Source of the DNA: Eledone cirrhosa
Lineage: Eukaryota
DNA length: 64,000 nt
Reading direction: 5' to 3'
Assembly: GCA_964016885.1 (NCBI GenBank)
Contig: OZ024745.1
Coordinates: 101,370,001 to 101,434,000 of the forward strand
A program made the position numbers and the translations under genes. Positions within the stretch are counted from its first letter, which is position 1. Every line of letters starts with the position of its first letter. This document shows, piece by piece, positions 54,056 to 64,000 of the stretch. A model generated the notes under the pieces. It saw only the letters and a list, made by a program, of their open reading frames with translations. It was not told where the DNA came from and did no database searches.

Positions 54056-54528
54056 TGGTGGCTGCCAACTCGTTTTCGAGTATGGCCACTACTTTATATC
54101 CATGTAGGAGAACCCCTACCGATGCGCTGAACGTGTGTGACTTTTTAGTCCAGCCAGCGACTTGAAAACTCTGGTACAAACACTACACCTGTGACAATTA
54201 TTGGCACATAGTGCTGGGCCCATAGTACCATGTGACAAGTGCAGAGAGATCTCCAGATATAAAGCAATGCCTGTGCCGTGAAGCTTTTATAGTGAGCAAA
54301 GGCACTGCACAAAGCCAGTCCCACTCTTTTAACCAAGATGATATTTACCAAAAAGAAGAACAAGTCAACATCATTGGATACCATCAGGGTTGCAGGTGTT
54401 ATATCAGAGTTATCCTTCTCCTTGAAGTGAAGTAAACCTTTATATATAAAGTAAATCGGCCATTCTTGTTATTTCATCTAACAACTGTTATAATCCTTCT
54501 AACAATTACTAAAAATACCCTTCGTTAA

Positions 54529-54562
54529 ATATATACATATATATATATACATATATATATAT

Positions 54563-54609
<47 letters not shown>

Positions 54610-54642
54610 CACATATATATATACACATATATATATATATAT

Positions 54643-54697
<55 letters not shown>

Positions 54698-54750
54698 CAT
54701 ATATATACATATATATATATACATATATATATATACATATATATATATAC

Positions 54751-54783
<33 letters not shown>

Positions 54784-54794
54784 CATATATATAC

Positions 54795-54841
<47 letters not shown>

Positions 54842-54842
54842 C

Positions 54843-54879
<37 letters not shown>

Positions 54880-55004
54880 CATATATATACATATATATAT
54901 ATACATAAATATATATATACATATACATATATATATATATACATATATACATATATACATATATACATATATATATATATATACATATATATACATATAT
55001 ATAC

Positions 55005-55035
<31 letters not shown>

Positions 55036-55386
55036 CATATATATACATATATATACATATATATACATACATATATATATATATACATATATATACATAT
55101 ATATATATATATACATATATATACATATATATATATATACATATATATACATATATATATATATATACATATATATACATATATATATATATACATATAT
55201 ATACATATATATATATATACATATATATACATATATATATATACATATATATATATATACATATATATACATATACATATATATATATACATATATATAT
55301 ATATACATATATATACATATATATATATATACATATATATATATACATATATATACATATATATATATATACATATATATATATAC

Positions 55387-55417
<31 letters not shown>

Positions 55418-55689
55418 CATATATGTACATATATATATATATATACATATATGTACATATATATATACATACATATATGTACATATATATATACATACAT
55501 ATATACATACATATATATATACATATATATACATATATATATATATATATACATATATGTACATATATATATATATATACATATATGTACATATATATAT
55601 ACATACATATATGTACATATATATATACATACATATATATATACATATATATATATATACAAGTATATATATATACATGTATATATGTG

Positions 55690-55753
<64 letters not shown>

Positions 55754-55787
55754 CACACACACATATATACATGTATATATATATACT

Positions 55788-55837
<50 letters not shown>

Positions 55838-55872
55838 CATATATATATATATATACATACATATATATATAC

Positions 55873-55906
<34 letters not shown>

Positions 55907-55955
55907 TCATATATATATATATATACATAAATATACTTATGTGTATATGTATATA

Positions 55956-55987
<32 letters not shown>

Positions 55988-56014
55988 CATATTCGTATAT
56001 ACATATACATACAT
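54529..56014. repeat. ~1.5-kb (TA)/(TACA) compound microsatellite
   Basis: Low-complexity run. Confidence 0.99.
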
Positions 56015-57395
56015 AACCAGCAAATTCTGGACAAAGAAATTATCATTGGCCAGCAGTTCTTTGAGGGGTTTCCGAAAATCAACCTTACTACTAAATTTTC
56101 AAGGAAAAAAATGAAGATCGGGTCCCTAAAATAAAAGTACCAGTGACACACTGGAGTCGATTTAATCAACTTTCTCCTTCCTTTTCAAATTGCTGACATA
56201 GTGCCAACATATAAACAATTAATAAAGATTGTTCATGTTATTGTTCCTGTATTGAGTACTTGAATACTAATATTTTTAGGGATTGTTTAATATATAGAGA
56301 GAGAAAGAAAGAAAGGAGAGAGAAAGAAAGAACAAATTAAGGAGAGAAAAAACTCATAGGTAGCTAGGTAAGATGTATTAGTGTAGGGGGAAAGATAGGT
56401 AGTGTCAAACAGATAGTTAATGACTGATGCAGAACTGGAAAAAAACAACAACAAAAAACCCCATAAACTATGGCAAGAAAAAAATTCCCATCAACCCTTA
56501 AAAAATCCCCACAAAAAAAAAAATCACCTAAAAAAAAACGTCACAATGACATGTTATTACAGATGCTGTTTTGCTAGGCTGGAAATGTAAATATTACAGT
56601 TGATTCCACTCTAAGGCAAGATTCAACACCAACCTAAATGTTGATGTATTTTTTAGTTCGGTTACCTATTTGTTTTATAAATGAAATAACATCAAGGAGA
56701 ACAACAAGCAAGTTGATTTGGAGAGTGTGTGTGTGTATGCATGCATGTGTTTATGAGTATGTGTGTGTGTGTGTGTGTGTGTGTTTGTGTGTGCATGCAT
56801 GTGTGTATGTTTGTGTGCATGTGTGTTTGTGTGCATGTGTGTATGTTTGTGTGCATGTGTGTTTGTGTGCTTGTGTGTGTGTGTGCATGTGTGTGTGCAT
56901 GTGTGTGTATGCATGCCAATATTAACTATATTCACATGGATGGTTGAGTTCCATGAAATGATTTGGCTTGCTTCTCTTTTTTAACCCTTTCCACACCAAG
57001 CTGCCTGAAACTACTCCTCGCTATGCAATACAAAACTGCTTGTTTTACATTGTTTATATTTATCTAAAAACCTCCCAACATAGAATTTGAACATAGCAGA
57101 TACATAAGTGTAAATATGGGTTATATAATCAGATATAATGTACACATTATTATGTACAGGGTTATATGGGTTATATAATCAGATATAATGTACACATTAA
57201 AAAATACCATATATTTTCAACAGTTCAATCGAATAGCAGAGAGGTATACAATCCCGAAGAAAGGAAATGACCCAGAAACAGGTTGATTGTTCCTTGATGC
57301 TACTGTTGAACAAATGGATGACAATAGTCATCAAAAACAAAACATAGTAAGGCTGTTTGCTCACAAACGAATAGAATATTATTATTATTATTATC

Positions 57396-57990
57396 ATGAG
57401 AGAGAAACTGAGCATAAGAGGAATCAAATGCTGTGTGCAGGAGAGGCAGTTGCGCTGGTATGGACATGTGATGCGTATGAAGGATGACAGCTGCATAAAA
57501 AGGTACAGAGCACTAGAAGTTGATGGAAACCGCGGAGTGGGGAGACCCAAGATGACCTGGGATGAGGTGATAAAAGCCGACCTTACCCAATTACACCTCT
57601 CAAAGGCAATGACACACGACCGTGACCTCTGGCGTCACGCAGTAATACAGAGTACCCGACCTCCCATGGGTACAAGCTGAAGCATATAGACAATATGCCC
57701 CCACACCCCCCACCGCAAGGTCGTCGTGGAGGTGCCACGGCAAAAAAGCACCCAGCCCACACTGTAAAGTGGACGTGTAGGCGCGCAATGAAAAAGCACC
57801 CAGCACTCACTGTAAATGAGGTTGGTGTTAGGAAGGGCATCCAGCTGTAGAAATCAAGCCAAATCAGTTCCTGTATGAGCAACGCACGGTCAGCCGACCA
57901 GACACTGTCCACAACAGGACAGCCCGTCTAACCCATGCTAGCGTGGAAGAACGGACGTAAAATGGTGATAATGATGATGATGATGATGAT
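57396..57990 (+). mobile_element. RTE LINE 3' fragment
   Basis: [20 protein letters not shown], then the 3' UTR and (GAT)n. Confidence 0.92.
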
Positions 57991-58373
57991 CCGATATAAC
58001 CCTCCCATCATAATTTTATGTAAGAGCCTTTAAGATATGCTCTTAACACCAGCAGAATAATAAACATTTTGGTTACATAACAAAATCCCTCCAAATTCTT
58101 GATTATTTTCAAAATTAACTGAAAATCATAAATAGTGCTTTTTATTAGAAATATGGTAAATGGAAGGGTTAAAATATATAAAAAAATGTTTTAACAGATG
58201 GTTGAAAGTGTCTGCAACTTTAGAGATTTACATCGAATGTAAAGTGAGACAATGGTAATTTTAACAGCTGCTACTATTGTTATTTATGATTGCTGTTGGT
58301 TAGCGCCAAATCAGCCCCGATTGAGTAGGCCTATCATCAAAGATTTTATCGTCAAATTTTATTCTAATGTTAA

Positions 58374-58949
58374 TAAACCCGTTAGCATTTAAACCAGCCA
58401 GAATTTTCTCACCTGTTTCTGTTCTAACCGGCCATAACTGGACACTCATACTGATGTTAAAGTATTGTTCTCAAAATAAATAATATCAAAATGTCATAGA
58501 TTCGATATTATGTGAGATAAATATGTGAGGTAAAGCCTTAACCATGAAAATATAATAGTAAATATAGAGCTTCTGAGTCTGAGTCTGATAGAGTAATCAT
58601 CATCATCATCATCATTTCATTTTACGTCCACTTTTCCCTGCTTGCAAGGGTGGGACGGGAACTGATTCTGGCTTGATTTCTACAGCTGGATGCCCTTCCT
58701 AACACCAACCTCATTTACAGTCAGTGCTGGGTGCTTTTTTGCCGTGGCACCTCCACGACCACTTTGCAGTGGAATGATATGGACCCCAGTCCCTATCATC
58801 TCATTTCTACAGCTGAGTAAACTGGAGCAATGTGAAATAAAGTGTCTTGCTCAAGGAAACAACACATCACCCGATCTGAGAATTGAACTCACAACCTTTC
58901 GATTGCAAGGCCAATGCTCTAACCACTAAGCCAAATGCTAAAGGGTTAA
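58374..58949. mobile_element. piggyBac-like MITE with a nested SINE B (58597-58932, minus strand)
   Basis: AACCCGTTAGCATTT ... AAATGCTAAAGGG|TTAA. The SINE interrupts next to the right TIR. Confidence 0.75.
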
Positions 58950-59099
58950 GGGAAATTTTGGCACTATTTCTAGCAAATTGAGCAATCACTTGAGCGTTCT
59001 CTTTTGCTGGTTTGTTATTAATGGCTTTATGGAGTGAATACTAAGTGTAGTATCATAGTGAACAGGGATTAACAGAATATTAATGTCACTCATTAATTA

Positions 59100-59318
59100 G
59101 TGAAAGCATGTGGCTGAGTGGTTAGAGAATTGAATTCACAATCTTGAGGTTGTGAGTTTGATTCCGGACCGAGTGATGCATTATGTCCTTGAGCAAGACA
59201 CTTTATTCCACGTTGCTCCTCCTACCTGGAGTTGCGACCGATGGGTAGTATTAGCAACTGGAAAGACTGACAAAAACATTGTTTCCTCGGTCTGATTTGA
59301 CGAAAGTCGATCGATATA
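59100..59318 (+). mobile_element. CORE-like SINE, family B2
   Basis: TGGCTGAGTGGTTAGA head, TGTCCTTGAGCAAGACACTT, and a tail as in 6545-6735. Confidence 0.72.
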
Positions 59319-61756
59319 TGTATGTATGTATGTAATGTCACTCAAAGAAGCATTACAATAAATACTCTTTGAATTGAAAGGTTTGTGTAACACAGATAGC
59401 ATTGCCATCTATATCTTCCAGAAGTAACTTTTCCAATGAAATGTTAGTAAATTCACCACATATATCAAGAATATTTATATATACAAAGTCAATAAAGGAA
59501 TCTCTATGGTAGAAATCAAAACAATGAAGGGAGAACTCTACTGAACTTATTGATCCTTTAAAAATAGTAGCCAAAATCTCCCTCAAATTACTCGCTGCTA
59601 TTTTAGAATCTAAAAGACACACTAGATAATACAGTAATAGATAATCTAGAAAAAAAAAGTGTTATCATGCCTGGAATGCTTCTCACTAAAATGTCTGATG
59701 AATCGGAGTGTGGGGTGGGGGTGGGGTGAATTGGGACATAACAACAACAACAACAACAACATCTGTGTACAAATATTATCCCTAATAAGCCCAGAGTTTG
59801 TTATATAGTAGTGATAGGAGTTGAATGAGCATTATAAATGTTTGAAAATAAATAAGAACAACAACAAAGGACTCCCTTTCAAAAACAAAATAATAAATAG
59901 ATATTAAATCAAATATATAGATGATCATGAAGAAGATAAGGATGATGATGATGATGACAATGATGATAAGGTTGAAATGGCTGAGACTAAATAATACCTG
60001 TCATACATCTATAGAGTTAGATGTTAACAAAATAAATATCAATAATGTAAATTAACTTGACACCAAGCATTAAAAGATCATATGCTAACCTTTCCAGGGA
60101 CTTTCATTATGATCATCTATCACCAATAGTGTGTGTGTGTATGTGTGTGACTTCGTGTGGATGTGAGTATTTTGACTGTCTCAATTCTGATTAATTATTC
60201 CAAACCATGTGTTACTGTAATTTTCATTCTAAGTTAATTTTTACTATTGCTGTGAAGGGATTTTTTTTTTTTTCCATACTCTAGTTTACTAGGTCAGAAT
60301 ACAGCAGTTTCAGAGATCTGTCGAGCCTCAATAATTCATATAGCCCTGTTGTTTTTGTTGTTATTGTGTAGCTCCCCACTGGTTAGCCATGCTCTGCAAA
60401 CTAGGTGATAATACCTCTCTATATGTTCTCTCTCTCTCTCTCTAATGAAGAATAAAGGTTTTCCACAGACACCAACCTTCCTATGAAACAGAAAACCCCG
60501 TTAAGAAGAATATTCAGATAACGAAAACAAAAAAAGAAAGCATTTGATTGGATGGATGTGCAAAGATGAAATCAAATGACTAAAATATAAATGAAAAATA
60601 AAAATAAAATAAAGGAATAAATAACAGTTTAATTCAACCATGTTAAATGCAGCTGTGTTATGCTAAAACCATTCATAAAATAAATACCATTCACATTAAA
60701 ATACTACAAAAATACAACAATATTAAAAAAGGAAAGAAAACTATTAAGGTGATAAAGGAAAAGAAAGTAAGCAACAGAATAAATAGAAAAAGAAAATCTT
60801 TGTTAACCTTCAAACGCTCTGATAACTCTTTCTACATTTGCGAATTCATATGAAAATATAACAAATATTCTGCAGCATTGCTTGCTCTCTCTCTGCTTAA
60901 TACAACAAGGAAAGAAAGAGATATAGCAAAAATGAAAAAACATCAAAAGTATCTTGCTTTATGCCAACAGTTACAAAGAATATGATTTCTTGAATTTAAG
61001 CTGTCCAGGTTTTGGGATAATAATAAAACCTTTATAATCAAGCAAATATGATTGCTAAGCTTATTTCTGTTGTTGCTATACACAATGTCAAAAAATAAAA
61101 ATATCATTATTGAACATACTTTTAATTGTATGAACGCTTAAAACTGCTTCCTGGTAGGTCTTTAGTAAACTGTGTTGTGGTAAAACTGAATGTTTGTTTG
61201 TTTTTTTACCAAAAGCCCAAATTGTAATAACAGCAACTGACTTTAAGATGATGTATTATTTGTATAAACTTTCATAAGTCAATTTAAAAAGGACATTTTC
61301 AACTGATTTTTTCCAGCTTTATTTGGAAATTGAAGGAAACTTGTAACAACACTTTTAATATATCTTAATCTATTTTTGCTTTTACATTGACTTACAAACA
61401 GCATATTTGTGGAAGGTGATGTACCTTGTGATATCTGTTCTGACATTTTTCATTCAGATTCAAATCCTTTAATGGCTAAATCATCACTCCTTATGAAAGA
61501 ATTAATGGGCATCACAATAGACATTGACAGTGACACCACTCTGCAATTGAGCAGGCTTCTTATCTCAACACAGTTTTGTCATGCCTACAAAGGTTGAGAA
61601 GACTGAGTAGAGTAGACATCGAATTAATGACTTTTACCATATTAGGAAACAGCTCCCAGTGTTTCAGAAACACTGGAACCATCTTTGACATGAAGAAAAT
61701 GCTGCTGTCACCAATGTAAGTTTGTATATATATATTTATATATATATATATGGACC

Positions 61757-63568
61757 AGGTCATGAAAGTAACAGAAAGAATTTGGGTTTGCACCAGGAAG
61801 AGGCACCACTGATGCCCTCTTCCTTGTGAGGCAGTTACAGGAAAAGTACCTAGCTAAAAGTAAGCCACTCTAACTGGCATTTGTCGATCTCGAGAAAGCC
61901 TTTGACAGAGTTCCACATGCTATAATCTGGTGGGCTCTTAGAAAGCTAGGAGTAAATGAATGGCTTGTGAAAGCTGTACAAGCCATGTACAGGGGAGCAG
62001 TCAGCAAAGTTAGGATTAGCAATGAGTATAGCGAGGAATTTAGCGTACAGGTCGGTGTCCACGAGGGCTCTATTCTTAGCCCTCTCCTGTTCATCATAGT
62101 CCTGCAGGAAATAACGGAGGAGTTTAAGACCGGATGCCCATGGGAACTCCTGTATGCAGATGACCTCACACTTATAGCTGAATCTATGGTAGAACTAGAG
62201 AAGAAATTCCAAACTTGGAAGCAGGGACTAGAAAGAAAGGGTCTCAAAGTCAACCTGACAAAGACTAAGGTCATCATAAGTAGACGAGAAAACAGAACCC
62301 AGATCCCCTCAGAGAAATGGCCTTGCTCAGTATGTAGGAAAGGTGTAGGTAGGAATTCAATTCTCTGCCCCAAATGTAAACAATAGGTACACAAGAGATG
62401 TAGCGGATCTCAGGAAGCTTAACTAAGAATGTAGGCTTCACATGTAGCAGCTGTGCTGGGACAGCAAGCAGCAAACAGCCACAGGAAACAAGTACCACCA
62501 AACTCTGGGAAGGCTCTGTAGAAACAGTAGATAGCTTCTGCTACCTAGGTGACCAAATTCACAGCGGAGGTGGGTGTTCAGAAAGTACAATAACTAGGGT
62601 AAGAACGGGATGGAAGAAGTTCAGGGAGCTACTGCCACTGCTAGCTGCAAAAGGCTTTCCCCTCAAAATGAAAGGCAGACTGTAGAAACAGTAGATAGCT
62701 TCTGCTACCTAGGTGACCAAATTAGCAGCGGAGGTGGGTGTTCAGAAAGTACAATAACTAGGGTAAGAACGGGATGGAAGAAGTTCAGGGAGCTACTGCC
62801 ACTGCTAGCTGCAAAAGGCTTTTCCCTCAAAATGAAGGGCAGACTGTATGATGCCTGTATACGAACAGCAATGTTACATGGTAGTGAGACCTGGGCACTG
62901 AATGTGGAAGACTTGTGTAGATTAGAAAGAAACGAAGCCTGCATGCTCCGATGGATGTGTAATAGTAATATATGCGAACGGCAAAGCATATATGAATTGA
63001 GAGAGAGACTGAGCATAAGAGGAATCAAATGCTGTGTGCAGGAGAGACGGTTGCGTTGGTAAGGACATGTGATGTGTATGAAGGATGACAGCTGCATAAA
63101 AAGGTGCAGAGCACTAGAAGTCGATGGAAACCGCGGAGTGGGGAGACCCAAGAAGACCTGGGATGAGGTGATAAAAGCCGACCTTACCCATTTACACCTC
63201 GCAAAGGCGATGACACACGACCGTGACCTGTGGCGTCACACAGTAATGCAGAATACCTGACACCCACACGGGTACAAGCTGAAGCTGAAGCATATAGACA
63301 ATATTCCCCCACACCGTCCCACTGCAAAGTGGTTGTGGAGGTGCCACGGCAAAAAAGCACCCAGCCCACACTGTATAGTGGACATGTAGCACTCACTGTA
63401 AATGAGGTTGGTGTTAGGAAGGGCATCCAACTGTAGAAATCAAGCCAGAATCACTTCCCGTATGAGCAAGACAAGGTCAGCCGACCGGACACTGCCGACA
63501 ACAGGACAACCCGTCTAACCCATACTAGCGTGGAAGAACAGACGTAAAACGGTGATGATGATGATGAT
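61757..63568 (+). mobile_element. RTE LINE, 5'-truncated (RT domain to (GAT)n tail), with stops and a 164-bp internal duplication
   Basis: GFAPGRGTTDALFLVRQLQEK..FVDLEKAFDRVP; GVHEGSILSPLLF; LLYADDL; LHGSETW; GRPKKTW. Confidence 0.95.
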
Positions 63569-64000
63569 AAATGTATATACATCTTAGGGAAAATGGGAGA
63601 ACTTGGCATATAGAAGCTGCTAGAACAGCAAAATACCGTCGAAACGGCGTTGGGTAAAATATTACCTCAAAGGACAGAGATCAGCGGCTAGAAGTGAGTT
63701 GGCTCAAAGGAAGGAAGAGAAGATAGGAAGGAGGAAAAGAATGGATGAAAGCGGACAGGCCACAAACATTAACATACACTCATCAGGTCTTAACCTCCAA
63801 CAGTTTCAACGAATTAATAAGACTACTGCTTGCGATAGGAGGCTCGTAATGGAGAGTCAAATATCTTCGTTCATATATTGTTTGCGTTGGGACAGATTAA
63901 TGAAAAAGAGAGAAAGATGAAGTGCATCTGATCGACTCCAAATCTTCGCGAGAAAGGAAGAATGTTGGCATCTGTAGGGTCGGCCTTTAGAAGGGAGAGA

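Noticed and set aside
51155-56169. Long ORFs of up to 556 aa rich in Y/I/M/C/V, and similar ORFs across the window
   Set aside because: They are translations of stop-free (TA)/(TACA)/(TG) microsatellites.
57114-57198. ~35-bp direct repeat with ~50-bp period
   Set aside because: Ordinary local duplication within a TTAA-CCC-ended MITE-like region; no further structure.

Overview
This is AT-rich animal genomic DNA, almost entirely repeats, with no confidently identifiable host protein-coding gene. The SINE and LINE repertoire resembles that of a cephalopod (Octopus-like); that assignment is an inference. Most ORFs in the supplied track are microsatellite artefacts. Recognisable content includes: very long (TA)n/(TACA)n microsatellites; decayed retroelements (several RTE-type LINE fragments, an L1/Tx1 3' end, a HERO/NeSL-like restriction-like-endonuclease LINE, a Ty3/gypsy RT remnant, and a 5'-truncated Penelope-like element with RT and GIY-YIG); two tRNA-headed SINE families; non-autonomous Helitrons; and several MITEs. 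The main unannotated signal is RNA structure. I count about 19 near-intact minimal type I hammerhead ribozyme (HHR) motifs from several sequence families, plus degenerate copies. Most sit in short non-coding modules embedded in (TA)n tracts, often as fold-back palindromes. One family is a ~430-nt ORF-less monomer with one HHR, present as head-to-tail partial tandems at two loci, which makes it a candidate retrozyme or circular RNA. All coordinates were read by eye and may be off by a few bases.
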